NCBI GenBank assembly: GCA_963719505.1
Contig: CAVRCF010000001.1
Span: 544,001 to 608,000, forward strand
Source of the DNA: Halobacteriovoraceae bacterium
GTDB lineage: Bacteria; Bdellovibrionota; Bacteriovoracia; Bacteriovoracales; Bacteriovoracaceae
Direction: 5' to 3'
Length of the DNA stretch: 64,000 bases
This document shows positions 9,145 to 19,536 of the stretch, one piece after another (the stretch's first letter is position 1; each line of letters begins with the position of its first letter). Made by a program: the position numbers and the translations under genes. A model generated the notes under the pieces. It was not told the origin of the DNA. It saw only the letters and a program-made list of their open reading frames with translations, and made no database searches.

Positions 9145-9640
9145 AGATGGACAATCGACAATCGAATTTATTCTCACTCTATCTTTTGCTATAGGTATAA
9201 CAATGCTTTTTGTCTCCCAAGCCCTAAATATGACAGTAGGGTTTATGGTTCATTATGGAACCTTCATGGGGGGGAGAACATTCTTAAGCTATGACAGTTT
9301 TGGTCGTGATGTTTCAAACTCAATAGGTCAGGCGGGAAATGTCGCCAAAGAGACATTTGATTTTTACAATTTACAGATCCTTGATATTTCTCCTGTTGTG
9401 AAAGTTGTAAAGCCAGAAGATGGAAATGCATTGATGAGTGGAATAACAGCTCAATACGATAAGCTTCTTTCTCCTTTTAAGCTCATCCTCAATGGAGAAA
9501 AGGCAACATTCTATTCTGAAGGTTTCTTGGGAAAAGAGCCGACTCGCGCAAGCTGCTATCAATCGACATGTGCGGCTATTGGTTCAGGTGGTAATTGCAC
9601 TGCAAATATGGATGTCACTCTTTTCGATAATGGATGTTAA
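9125..9640 (+). CDS. TadE-like pseudopilin
   Basis: EDG|QSTIEF motif plus a hydrophobic helix; GGAG SD before the ATG at 9125. Confidence 0.8.
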   Translation: MRTLHSEDGQSTIEFILTLSFAIGITMLFVSQALNMTVGFMVHYGTFMGGRTFLSYDSFGRDVSNSIGQAGNVAKETFDFYNLQILDISPVVKVVKPEDGNALMSGITAQYDKLLSPFKLILNGEKATFYSEGFLGKEPTRASCYQSTCAAIGSGGNCTANMDVTLFDNGC

Positions 9641-10150
9641 GTGAAAATATTTAAGCTATTAAAAAATCAAAAAGGGCAATCTCTAATAGAGTTTGTTTTA
9701 TTTTTGCCTTTTATGATGATGATCTACTCAGTGATCATTAATGTTTCAGGCGCTATAAATGCTTCCCTAAATCAGCAAAAAGTAACAAGGGCTTACTTTT
9801 ATTATAACATGCAAAATAACTCTACTATTCCTAAACCGAGAAGAGATGGAGCAGATCCGTCAGACTCTTGGCAAATGTTCGGCATGCAGATCATGGGCTG
9901 GACAACTGAGCTTGTTGATAACCAACCTGTTGCAGCTTGTTTTAAGTTTAACCTACCTTTAGGAACAGGTGATGGAGATATTTGTGAAGAGGCTTACTCA
10001 GGTAAAGCAACTCAATATATTAGAGTTGGGACTGTGTATGGTGTCTGTGGTGCCACTTACCAAAAAAGGGGAACAAGCAAAGTTAGGGTTCCCTCGGGTG
10101 GGGTCAATGTTGATGTCGCCGTAGCAGCCCAAGGCTGTTTTATCCAATAG
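9641..10150 (+). CDS. TadE-like pseudopilin
   Basis: KG|QSLIEFVLFLP motif; four Cys in the C-terminal domain. Confidence 0.82.
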   Translation: MKIFKLLKNQKGQSLIEFVLFLPFMMMIYSVIINVSGAINASLNQQKVTRAYFYYNMQNNSTIPKPRRDGADPSDSWQMFGMQIMGWTTELVDNQPVAACFKFNLPLGTGDGDICEEAYSGKATQYIRVGTVYGVCGATYQKRGTSKVRVPSGGVNVDVAVAAQGCFIQ

Positions 10151-10225
10151 AGGACATTTCTTCCTCATACTTTTAAAACTATCGTAAGTATATAATAAAA
10201 GGTGAATTGCTAGAAAAGGATTTCT

Positions 10226-11038
10226 ATGAATAGTCGCGCGTTTACCCTCAGTTTGATCATTGCCGTGATAGCGGTCTTTATGGTTCAGTCCTATATCGAA
10301 GGTAGAGAGTCAAAGTTTAAAGAAGAGTATGGGAATATGGTTCCAGTTGTTATCGCAAAAAGAGATATCAATGAGCTTGAACTTATTGACGATCGAAAAG
10401 TTCAAATGATTACGGTTCCTAAAAAATATAGAATGAATGGCGCCTTCGATAAACAAGAAAATCTTTATAATACAATCGCTGCAGTCCCAATAAAAAAAGG
10501 TGAGCAGATCACCAAGCCCAGAGTTACTTACCCCGGTGCACGTTCAGGTTTATCAAGACAAGTTGGAATCGGAAGTCGAGCTCTTTCGGTTCAGGTTAAT
10601 GAAAGTCAAGCTGTTAGTAAGCTTATTAAACCAGGAGACAGAGTCGATGTCTTAACTCTTGTGGATTTTGCCGGCGGTAAAAAAGAAAAAATGAAAGTAA
10701 AAACTGTCTTGCAAGATGTTTACGTCTTAGCAACAGGATTGAACGTCACCAAAGAGATTCCACTCATTGGTATGAAGGTCGATAAAGAAGTAAGAAAAAT
10801 GAACTTAAACAACTACACAAACTTCAATGCCGTGACCTTAGAATTAAAACCATACGAAGTCCAAAAGATGATCTTTCTCATTACTGCTGGTAATGGAATC
10901 TATCTTTCTTTAAGAAATAATGATGACAAGACTATTGAAAGGATAAGTGGAACGAGACTATACGATGTTTTGGGTGAAGATGCCCAGGATGCAAAAGCTT
11001 ACTTCGCAGAACAAGCAGCGCTCAAAAACAAAAGGTAG
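10226..11038 (+). CDS. cpaB: Flp pilus assembly protein CpaB/RcpC
   Basis: SAF-domain VVIAKRDI, RALSVQV, IKPGDRVDV, LQDVYVLA and VTLEL motifs. Confidence 0.93.
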   Translation: MNSRAFTLSLIIAVIAVFMVQSYIEGRESKFKEEYGNMVPVVIAKRDINELELIDDRKVQMITVPKKYRMNGAFDKQENLYNTIAAVPIKKGEQITKPRVTYPGARSGLSRQVGIGSRALSVQVNESQAVSKLIKPGDRVDVLTLVDFAGGKKEKMKVKTVLQDVYVLATGLNVTKEIPLIGMKVDKEVRKMNLNNYTNFNAVTLELKPYEVQKMIFLITAGNGIYLSLRNNDDKTIERISGTRLYDVLGEDAQDAKAYFAEQAALKNKR

Positions 11039-11040
11039 AA

Positions 11041-12525
11041 ATGTTTAAAACGTTATTTTTTATATTTTTAATATCAATAAATGTTTTTGCTCAAGAAGCA
11101 AAAGAGACGAACCTATCAATCGCTATTGGAATTGATGAGGTTGTGAAGCTCCAGTACAAATACAACACAAAAGTTCAGATCGGAAACCAAAAGATTGTCT
11201 CTTTAATTTTAGCACCTTCAAGACGAGAAATTACTTTTCGAGGAAAGAATGCAGGAAAAACTTCAGTTACTGTAAGGGATGCTGCTGGGGATATTAGAGA
11301 TAAATTTATTGTCAGTGTCTCAGCCGATGGCACCTCTCAAACGGTGAGGGAGCTCAGGGACCTTATTGGTAATATCGAAGGAATTGAAGTTCTTATCAAG
11401 GGTGGAAAGGTTGTTGTTGAAGGGATGATTGTCGTTCCTGGTGATATTGGGAGAATCAACACGGTTTTGGCCCAGTATGGAGATGTGGTAAGGCTTATTG
11501 AACTTTCACCTCAAACACAGCGAGTTATTGCTCGTAAGATGCAAGAAGAAATTAATAAAAATAATATGAAAGATGTTACCGTTAGAATCGTTAATGGTGA
11601 TTTCTGGATCGAAGGAGTTGTAAACTCAGAGCAGAAAAAAGCCGTGGCTGATCAAATAGCAAAACAATATCTTCCGGATAGGCTTGATTCTTTAGCGGCT
11701 CAAAGTGGAGGATCAAGTTTTCAGGCCAAAGAGAGATATGCCATTGTAAACTTTGTCTCGGTTAACGAGAAGAAAGATCCTGAACCTCCAGCAAAGCTCG
11801 TTAAAATAAGTGCTCAGTTTGTTGAACTTTCAAAAGACTACCAAAAAATATTTGGCTTTCAGTGGACACCGACTCTTACTTCTGGCGGCTCCATCTCATT
11901 TGGTAAAACAGAGTCGGGTGACGTCACGACCAATGAGAACGACACTTTGAGTGGAACGATAGCCTCTTTGTTTCCAAAGCTTCAATCAGCCAAGCAAGCA
12001 GGTTATGCAAGGGTTATCCAGTCAGCAATGCTGATAACAAAAGATCGGAAACAAGCTACGGTTAGTAAGTCTCGAGCTGTTCCTTACTCCATTGGTGCTG
12101 GTGACCTTCAGACGGCTGGTCAAGCTCAATTTAAATTTTCTTTAACGGTTACGCCGTCAATTGGTGATAAGGAAGTCGTTAATCTAGACTCATTAACAGT
12201 AACGGTGGCATTGCCATCGGGTAGAGCAAACGGTGGACAACCAACTTCAACAGACAACACAATCACAACAAATATTGCAGTTAAGTCCAAAGAATCTGCA
12301 GCCATTGGTGGAATTGTACAGAGTTCTTCAACAACAAGTTATGACAAAGATGTTCAACCTCCTACACCTGAAGAGGGAACCCAGTTACTATTCAACTTGG
12401 GTAGAGGAAAAAGTTATACAACGGACAAAGCACAGTTTGTCGTTTTTGTGACTCCCGAAATAATTGAGTCCGCAGCGGATGGAACAAATGAAATTCGTAA
12501 AAAATTTAGAAAAAGAGAACGGTAA
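11041..12525 (+). CDS. cpaC: Tad pilus secretin CpaC/RcpA
   Basis: Signal peptide, N-terminal GKTSVTV domain, BON-like region and secretin C-terminus (AIGG...FVVFVTPEII). Confidence 0.88.
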   Translation: MFKTLFFIFLISINVFAQEAKETNLSIAIGIDEVVKLQYKYNTKVQIGNQKIVSLILAPSRREITFRGKNAGKTSVTVRDAAGDIRDKFIVSVSADGTSQTVRELRDLIGNIEGIEVLIKGGKVVVEGMIVVPGDIGRINTVLAQYGDVVRLIELSPQTQRVIARKMQEEINKNNMKDVTVRIVNGDFWIEGVVNSEQKKAVADQIAKQYLPDRLDSLAAQSGGSSFQAKERYAIVNFVSVNEKKDPEPPAKLVKISAQFVELSKDYQKIFGFQWTPTLTSGGSISFGKTESGDVTTNENDTLSGTIASLFPKLQSAKQAGYARVIQSAMLITKDRKQATVSKSRAVPYSIGAGDLQTAGQAQFKFSLTVTPSIGDKEVVNLDSLTVTVALPSGRANGGQPTSTDNTITTNIAVKSKESAAIGGIVQSSSTTSYDKDVQPPTPEEGTQLLFNLGRGKSYTTDKAQFVVFVTPEIIESAADGTNEIRKKFRKRER

Positions 12526-14627
12526 TGGCAGGTCATATAATAAGTATTATTGGTGGTAAAGGTGGGGTTGGAAAATCTCAAGTTGCGGCCAATCTCGCTT
12601 TCGCGTTTGCTGCCGAAAACAGATCTAAAACACTTTTGTTGGATTTTGATAAAGTAGCTTCTGGTGATCAAAATATAATTACTGGTATAAAATTTAAAAA
12701 AAGTATAAAAGACTTATCGGAGTTTAACGGGGCTATGGATCCGCGTTCCATCAATATGTTTGTCGGTCAGCATAAAAATGGTGTCCACTTTATTGGGATG
12801 CCAAATGATCCCAATGTTTCAGACTCTATTGATCCTGAGGGGTTAGGCAAAACTCTTAAAGCCTTACCAAATCTTTACCAAACCACAGTCATTGATTGTG
12901 GAAGTGAACTCAACGATCTCGCTTTAAAGGCACTCGAATTTTCAACACTTATTTTTTTAGTGGTGACACCAGATCTTTTGGCTGCAAATCAGACAAAGAG
13001 AGTTTTCTCAGATCTTACAACAATGCTTTTTCCAAAAGAGATGATGCATATTATTGTTAACCAATTTCAAAAAGGCCATCCTGTTACTCCCGAAACTATC
13101 GGCAGACAAATAGGAAAACCTGTTTTTGGTGTTGTCGCAAAAGATGATCAAAGTTGCTTAAGGGCTTTATCAAGTTCTACTCCTTTATATGTTATTGCTA
13201 AGAATTCACCTTTCTCTCAAGGTATTACTGATATTGTGAGAAAGTTGAAGCAAAGAAGTATTTTAAGTGCTTTAGAAAAACTTCAAAAACCAGAAGGAGC
13301 TGCACAAAAGAAAAGTGATAACAAAGCTTCTGCAGTTAAAGGTGGAAAGAATCCTTGGTTGGATCTTAAATCTCGAATTCATAAATCTCTCGTTGAAGAG
13401 ATGGATATGAAAAAACAAGATGATAATGATCCTAAAGCAAAAATTATTCTAAGAGAGAAGACAAAAAAGTTGGTTGTAGAACTTTTAGGTAAAGAAGATA
13501 CCAAAGGTGTTTTAAACACCCGCGAAGATATGAATCAAATTGTTAAAGAAGTTCTGGATGAGGCTTTGGGTCTTGGTCCACTTGAAGATATGTTAGCAGA
13601 TAAAACAATTTCGGAGATTATGGTCGTTGGTCCAGATAAAATATTCTACGAGCAAGGTGGTAAGGTTAAGATGTCTGAAGTTGTCTTCACTAATAATCGC
13701 CAGGTGTTAAATGTCATAGAGAGAATCGTTGCTCCTATTGGAAGGCGTATTGATGAAAAGACTCCTTATGTTGATGCTCGACTACAAGATGGCTCAAGAG
13801 TTCACGCCATCATTCCTCCTTGTGCATTACAGGGTGGGACAATAACAATTCGAAAATTTCCTGAAAATAGACTGACCTATAAAGATCTTGTTAACTTTGG
13901 CTCATTGACTATGAACATGGCTGACTTTTTAAGAATTTCTGTTGAGGCCCATCGAAATATCGTCGTCTCAGGTGGTACAGGATCTGGTAAGACGACTCTT
14001 ATAAATATGCTTGGGGGTTTTATTCCTGCGAACGAGAGGATTATTACCTGTGAAGATGCAGCTGAGCTCGATTTTCCTCAAGATCATGTTGTGAGTCTCG
14101 AGACTAAGCCGCCTTCATTAGAGGGGGATGGTGCTGTCGATATTAGATGTCTGGTAAAGCAGACCCTAAGAATGCGACCAGACAGAATTGTCGTAGGAGA
14201 GTGTCGTGGTGGTGAAACACTTGATATGCTTCAGGCAATGAATACAGGCCACGATGGCTCAATGACAACAGTTCACTCAAATACGCCAAGAGACTGTATG
14301 TCTCGACTCGAAACACTGGTTCAGTACTCGGGTGTTCCAATCTCACCTCGAGCGATTCGTGAAATGATCGCCTCAGCTGTTCATATGGTTATTCAACAAT
14401 CAAGACTTGAAGATGGTTCAAGAAGAATTATGAATATTACTGAGATTGGAGGAATGCAAGGTGATATTATTACATTGCAAGATATCTTTGTCTTTAAGCA
14501 AGAGGGAATGAATAAACAAGGAAAAATTGTTGGAAAGTACATGGCCACTGGTTTTATTCCAAAGTTCATCGAGAACTTAGAAAAGAAAGGTTATAAAGTA
14601 CCTAGAGGGTTGTTTAACAATGAATAA
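12525..14627 (+). CDS. tadA: Fused CpaE/TadZ-like (MinD-type) domain plus CpaF/TadA pilus ATPase
   Basis: N-terminal GGKGGVGKS deviant Walker A; C-terminal GGTGSGKT, EDAAEL, LRMRPDRIVVGECRG and MNTGHDGSMTTVH. Confidence 0.93.
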   Translation: MAGHIISIIGGKGGVGKSQVAANLAFAFAAENRSKTLLLDFDKVASGDQNIITGIKFKKSIKDLSEFNGAMDPRSINMFVGQHKNGVHFIGMPNDPNVSDSIDPEGLGKTLKALPNLYQTTVIDCGSELNDLALKALEFSTLIFLVVTPDLLAANQTKRVFSDLTTMLFPKEMMHIIVNQFQKGHPVTPETIGRQIGKPVFGVVAKDDQSCLRALSSSTPLYVIAKNSPFSQGITDIVRKLKQRSILSALEKLQKPEGAAQKKSDNKASAVKGGKNPWLDLKSRIHKSLVEEMDMKKQDDNDPKAKIILREKTKKLVVELLGKEDTKGVLNTREDMNQIVKEVLDEALGLGPLEDMLADKTISEIMVVGPDKIFYEQGGKVKMSEVVFTNNRQVLNVIERIVAPIGRRIDEKTPYVDARLQDGSRVHAIIPPCALQGGTITIRKFPENRLTYKDLVNFGSLTMNMADFLRISVEAHRNIVVSGGTGSGKTTLINMLGGFIPANERIITCEDAAELDFPQDHVVSLETKPPSLEGDGAVDIRCLVKQTLRMRPDRIVVGECRGGETLDMLQAMNTGHDGSMTTVHSNTPRDCMSRLETLVQYSGVPISPRAIREMIASAVHMVIQQSRLEDGSRRIMNITEIGGMQGDIITLQDIFVFKQEGMNKQGKIVGKYMATGFIPKFIENLEKKGYKVPRGLFNNE

Positions 14628-15579
14628 GATCTTAAGTTTTCTTTTTCTTCTTTCAACTTCAGCTTTTGCTCAAGAAAAAGAGCCCGAGCTAAACTTTATG
14701 ACCGATATTTTAGGACGAAAAGGTCTTGTTCTTCTCATCTTTGTCATCGTCTTCGCTTACTCTTACAAAAATTCATTAAAACTTTTTGATTGGATTGAGG
14801 ATCAAACCTTTGGTACTCGAGATTATATTTTACAAAAGTGCGAACTTCTTCATATTGAAATCGAACCTAGACGAATCACTTATATTCTTCTCTTTCTCTC
14901 CTTTGGTTTCAGCGTAATCGTTTTTGGAATTTTCGCAGTCTTTGGACACTTCTTAGCTGGTGCTATAGTTGCAAGTATTACCTCTATCATTGGTTGGAGG
15001 GTGCCAAGGCCTTTTATGGATGCACTTGTTAATAGAAGAATAAATGCCTACAAGAATCAAATGGTTGATGCTCTTCAGCTACTTTCAAATGGTCTTCGTG
15101 CTGGACTTTCTCTACCTCAGTCTTTAGGGATGGTTGTAGATGAATTACCAAATCCGGTTGCCCAAGAGATGAACTCTGTTCTTCAACAAACCAAAATCGG
15201 TGTTCCTCTAGAGGAGGCATTTGAGAATTTAGTAACAAGAATTCCAACTCAAGACAATGATATGTTCGTATCTGCAATTTCTATCTTAAAGGAAACCGGT
15301 GGTAATCTTTCAGAAGTTTTCGACACAATCGCAGCTGTTATTCGTGAACGGGTAAGACTGCAACAAAAAATTGACACTTTTACGGCACAAGGTAAGTTTC
15401 AAGGATTTACTATATTTGCTATGCCATTCGCCCTTGGAGCCGTTTTTGCAGCTTCTGACCCCGCCTCAATGATTCCACTGTTTACAACACCTTTGGGCCT
15501 GGTCATGCTTGTAGCGGCCTTAGGATTGGACCTGTTGGGCTTGTGGGCGATATTTAAAGTCGTAAAAATAGAGGTTTAG
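14620..15579 (+). CDS. tadB: TadB (type II secretion system F family) inner-membrane platform protein
   Basis: DALQLLSNGLRAGLS, ETGGNLSE and RER motifs; TM helices. Confidence 0.9.
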   Translation: MNKILSFLFLLSTSAFAQEKEPELNFMTDILGRKGLVLLIFVIVFAYSYKNSLKLFDWIEDQTFGTRDYILQKCELLHIEIEPRRITYILLFLSFGFSVIVFGIFAVFGHFLAGAIVASITSIIGWRVPRPFMDALVNRRINAYKNQMVDALQLLSNGLRAGLSLPQSLGMVVDELPNPVAQEMNSVLQQTKIGVPLEEAFENLVTRIPTQDNDMFVSAISILKETGGNLSEVFDTIAAVIRERVRLQQKIDTFTAQGKFQGFTIFAMPFALGAVFAASDPASMIPLFTTPLGLVMLVAALGLDLLGLWAIFKVVKIEV

Positions 15580-15607
15580 AATGTTGTAACAATGTTAAAA
15601 TAATCTC

Positions 15608-15635
15608 TAAAGGTAAGCGAAGAAAGTACCGATAA
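15608..15635 (+). promoter_or_regulatory. Sigma28-type promoter of the YD-repeat gene
   Basis: TAAAG-N15-ACCGATAA, near consensus. Confidence 0.75.
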
Positions 15636-15683
15636 ACTCAAAGACTATAAAAAGTATTTTGGATGAAACCAAAGGATAAGGGA

Positions 15684-17341
15684 ATGAAAAAAACAAATTT
15701 GATGCTACTTTTACTAGGCGTTTTTGCACTTTCTGCGAATGCTGGAGTTAACCTAAAAAATGGTAACTTTTATATCTCCTACACTGATATTATTGTTCCA
15801 GGTGGTGGTAAAAAACTAGAAATTACTCGTACCTATAACTCGAAGTCAACATCAGTTGGATGGTTTGGTTTTGGTTGGGGTAACGTTTACGAGACAAGTC
15901 TTATACCTTCACCGGACGGATGTGTTGTTGTTAGCGAATACGGTTCTGGTGGAAGACAAGATTTTGTCCAAAATCTAAAGTCGACCCAGAAGAAGCAGCT
16001 CAAAAAATTGTTGAGGCGATGAGAAAAAAATCAAAAACTGAGCTTCCATGAATCATCTTTAAAAACGTTAATAGAAAGATTAAAAACAAATTCTGACCTT
16101 CGTCATGCTTATGCAAAAAACTTTGGTGTTAAATCAACAATTGCAAAAGGGACGACTCTTTATTCAAACGAGAGAGGAATTCAGGAAATTAAAGTTACTG
16201 GTCAAGGTTATGAAAGACACTCAAATAGTGGAAAGAAAGAATACTTTGATAAAAGTGGTAACCTCACAAAAATCCAAGAAAAAAATGGATACTATGTTGA
16301 ATTCAGATATGACAACAATAAGCTACGAGTCTTTAAAAGATTCACAAGCTAAGCAAGTATTCTTTAAGTGGAATTCAAATGGAAAGATCTCTGAACTTTG
16401 GTCAACAGGTGATGCTAAGGCTACTTTTAAGTATGATGGCGACAACATGGTTTTCTCCCAAGATGTTGCAGGTAATAGTTATGCATTTAGCTACGATAAA
16501 AGTCATAACTTAACTAAGGTTGTTTATAACCATTACAGAGCGAAGGATGTTAAAGAAGACGCTATGATAATGGAATATGAGCCAAAGACGTTCTTTGTGT
16601 CGAAAATCATCGACAGAAGTGGAGATGCTGTAAGCTATAAATATGGTTCCAATCCTAAAAATGCTAGATAATCACTACTGGACTGAAGTTACTAAAACTG
16701 GTTTCTCAGGGAAGCCGGTAACTAATAAGTATGAGTATGAAATTAAATCTCGTCCAGATGGATCAAGTTATACTTACAGAATTTATACGAGTATTAATAA
16801 TATTAAAACTGAGACCATATATTCTGAATGTTGTGGGCTTCCACTTAAAATTGCGAGAGGGAAACACGTAACAAACTTTGAGTATAATGATAAAGGCTTA
16901 CTCACTAAAAAGCAGTCTACTAAAGGTGATTTCGTTCAAATTAAATATGACAAAACGTTGAATAAAATATCTGAAGTCAAAAACAATGCTGGGTGGACTA
17001 AGTTTAAGTATGACAGAAAAGGTAACTTAACAACGGCTCAAAATAGTAAAAGCCAAGCTGTAAAATTGATTTATGACAGAAAGGGAAAGATCAACAAAAT
17101 GGTTGATAAGAATATGAAAACAAAGGAAACAAGAACATTATCCTTTAAGTATAATGCGCTTGGAAAGCCAGTTGAGATTTCAATGAGTAAGGTTGGAAAA
17201 ATTAATGTGGCTTATGATAACTTTGGTGAGATTAAGCGAGTTGAATCTAAGGCTGGTCATAAAATGGCTCTACAAGTTACCCAGGCTTTTCAAAACCTTC
17301 TATCAATTGTTAAGCCCGCAGGTGTCAACTTAAATATGTAA
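15684..17341 (+). CDS. Secreted YD/RHS-repeat protein (Bd0109/WapA-like), split by about 4 apparent indels
   Basis: Signal peptide, VNLKNGNF...RTYNS...GWFGFGW N-terminal RHS-associated domain and many xYDxxGxL repeats; one protein continues across ORFs 15663, 16105 and 16643 and the intervening frames. Confidence 0.85.
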
Positions 17342-17362
17342 CAAAGGTTACAGGAGAAATAT

Positions 17363-17695
17363 ATGAAAAAATTACTAGTTACTTTTACAATGCTTACCTC
17401 GGTAGTCGCATTTGCTGAATGTTCAGTGGATGTTTCAAAGCTTGAAGGTCTCGACTTTCAAAGTGTGCCATTTTGCTCGTTTGATGTTTCGAACATGGGA
17501 ACACAAAAGACCGACTCTTTGAAAGAGGTTGCACAGAAGTATAATGAACTAGCGGGTACATGTACTTGTCCCGGTGGAGATAATGGCGGTGATAACGATG
17601 CTTCTCGTTGCGCTATTAATAGAATTGAAGCAAAACCTGTTAGCGGAAGAGAGGGGTATTCAACACTTCAATCTGCTGGTGGTGTACAAAACTAA
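17363..17695 (+). CDS. Small secreted Cys/Gly-rich protein (positional equivalent of Bdellovibrio hit/Bd0108)
   Basis: Sec signal ending AFA, 110 aa, SD AGGAG, directly after the YD gene and before a strong hairpin. Confidence 0.75.
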   Translation: MKKLLVTFTMLTSVVAFAECSVDVSKLEGLDFQSVPFCSFDVSNMGTQKTDSLKEVAQKYNELAGTCTCPGGDNGGDNDASRCAINRIEAKPVSGREGYSTLQSAGGVQN

Positions 17696-17703
17696 AGAAT
17701 GAA

Positions 17704-17745
17704 TTTAATATAGCCCTGTTCCAATGTGAACAGGGCTATATTAAA
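17704..17745. terminator. Perfect 18-bp hairpin, probable terminator
   Basis: TTTAATATAGCCCTGTTC-N6-GAACAGGGCTATATTAAA. Confidence 0.7.
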
Positions 17746-17767
17746 ACTCCCACGGAACGGAAGGTTT

Positions 17768-18094
17768 ATGAAGATTTACGGATACATCTTATTTTCAATT
17801 TTATTAGTCTCTTGTGCCTCAACGAATAAAAGAGGTATAGCAAGCGACCAAAAATCAAGAAAAGATATTGAGCAATCAATTTTTCACGATTTAAGGATGG
17901 CAGAGTCACATCTAGCGACAGCCAAAATAAATGGTTATCGTACATACTTATCCTCACTAAATGAAGTTCAATTAGAACAACTCCAACAAGAAATTAAAGA
18001 CATTCGTTTGCGATCAAAGGATCTTCATCAGGCTGTTACTGACTGGATCTCAACCCTATCACATGCTGAAATGAAAGAGATTCGGGGGAAATAA
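17768..18094 (+). CDS. Hypothetical lipoprotein
   Basis: MKIYGYILFSILLVS-C lipobox followed by KRGIAS; helical remainder. Confidence 0.75.
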   Translation: MKIYGYILFSILLVSCASTNKRGIASDQKSRKDIEQSIFHDLRMAESHLATAKINGYRTYLSSLNEVQLEQLQQEIKDIRLRSKDLHQAVTDWISTLSHAEMKEIRGK

Positions 18095-18099
18095 ATTCT

Positions 18100-19536
18100 A
18101 TGAAATTTTTGATATTATCTCTATTTATCTTCTCTTCAGTTCAAGCAGTAGTCTGTGAAACCCCCACAAAAGAGGGACTTCTCAGTTACATGAACGAATT
18201 TGTTAACGAGAGAATGAAGGTCACCGGCGTGGACAGTGAGGCTCTTTTGAAGAGTTTTACTAAAAAGTACGCAGAGTGTGAAAGTGAAATAAATGCAAAT
18301 AACGTGGCTGGCTGTTTTGAAAATCTTAAAAATTTTTCAAGAAGGAAAATCGCGGTGTCTGAAGCAGACTTTGCAGGATTTGAAGTTTCAAGAGATGACT
18401 ACTTTAACTCTCGCCCAAAAGAGGCTTATGCCCTACCAGAAGAACTACAAGGTGGAATCCCTGACAACTATAGAAAACTGGCAAAGGATAAAGGTTGGAA
18501 GGTTATAGAATACAGATCACGTACCGTTGGAAATCCTGGACGTCATGGTAACGGACGTTCATACAACAGACTTCTTATTCTTGTAGAGGGAAGTCCTTAT
18601 GATAAATATATACAATTCACATTGCCTAATGAAAATGGCAAACCTCAACAACTTGTGGATTTTATCTCTGTAGATAAATCAAAATCACCCAAAGAAATAA
18701 CTTTTAATCAGTTCGATAGAGATATTGAAGGCAAAAATCCAAAGCCTAGAGAGTTTTTTGATTCGTGTTTTAGTTGCCATCCAAACGGTATGAGAAACCT
18801 CTCGCCAGCTCCAGGATCTGTGTCAAAAGAAGACACTGAAAATTTAGATTACATGAATAATAAGATGGATAGTTATAAAAAGATGAGCTGGGGAAAAGCA
18901 GTTGTTCCTGAGCATGATGGGCCGGCCTTGGGTGAAGCGCAGGGGTGTGTTCGTTGTCACAATGGATACACAGGGCAAGAAGGTATCTCCAGAGGTGCTC
19001 TAACAAACTCTACAGCTGGTAGTCATATTAGACATAAGGTCGAAGGCGACGCAAGTATGCCTGTGGCAGATTATAAATCTGAGCAAGACCTTCTTGATTA
19101 TCTTAAAAATGTTCAACTGCAACTCTCAGAGCCAGAAAGAAAAGAATTATTTAATGAACTTTATATTAAAAATAGCGACGATGCCTTTAGTTTAGTAACG
19201 TATCAAAGAATTCTAAAATTTATGAATGAAAAAGGTAAACTCTCTAATAAAGACTTTACAAAAATGAAGTTCGTATTAAACGGAAATCCCGACTATCCAA
19301 ACTGTTTGGGAGACGAAAATTGTTTTCAAGGTTTAAACAAAAGAACAAGCGAGTCTTATAATATTAAAGACAGGGCTGTTGTTTATGAATCGTTTAAAAA
19401 GTGGGCGACAGAAGGCTGTGACTTTGGTGAGCCTGTGCCTAATGTTAATGAGAATCCAAGGACTTTAGAAGAAAATTCCGGGACTTCGGGCGGTGCCCAG
19501 AGTACACCAATAAGCTCGGGAGTAATAAATGATTAA
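18100..19536 (+). CDS. Secreted di-haem c-type cytochrome of unknown function
   Basis: Signal peptide (VQA); two CxxCH motifs (CFSCH, CVRCH); distal SMP. Confidence 0.75.
   Translation: MKFLILSLFIFSSVQAVVCETPTKEGLLSYMNEFVNERMKVTGVDSEALLKSFTKKYAECESEINANNVAGCFENLKNFSRRKIAVSEADFAGFEVSRDDYFNSRPKEAYALPEELQGGIPDNYRKLAKDKGWKVIEYRSRTVGNPGRHGNGRSYNRLLILVEGSPYDKYIQFTLPNENGKPQQLVDFISVDKSKSPKEITFNQFDRDIEGKNPKPREFFDSCFSCHPNGMRNLSPAPGSVSKEDTENLDYMNNKMDSYKKMSWGKAVVPEHDGPALGEAQGCVRCHNGYTGQEGISRGALTNSTAGSHIRHKVEGDASMPVADYKSEQDLLDYLKNVQLQLSEPERKELFNELYIKNSDDAFSLVTYQRILKFMNEKGKLSNKDFTKMKFVLNGNPDYPNCLGDENCFQGLNKRTSESYNIKDRAVVYESFKKWATEGCDFGEPVPNVNENPRTLEENSGTSGGAQSTPISSGVIND

Noticed and set aside
15684-17695. 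RHS toxin-immunity pair
   Set aside because: No PxxxxDPxG core terminus or toxin tip is present, and the downstream protein is secreted; the layout fits Bd0109/Bd0108 better
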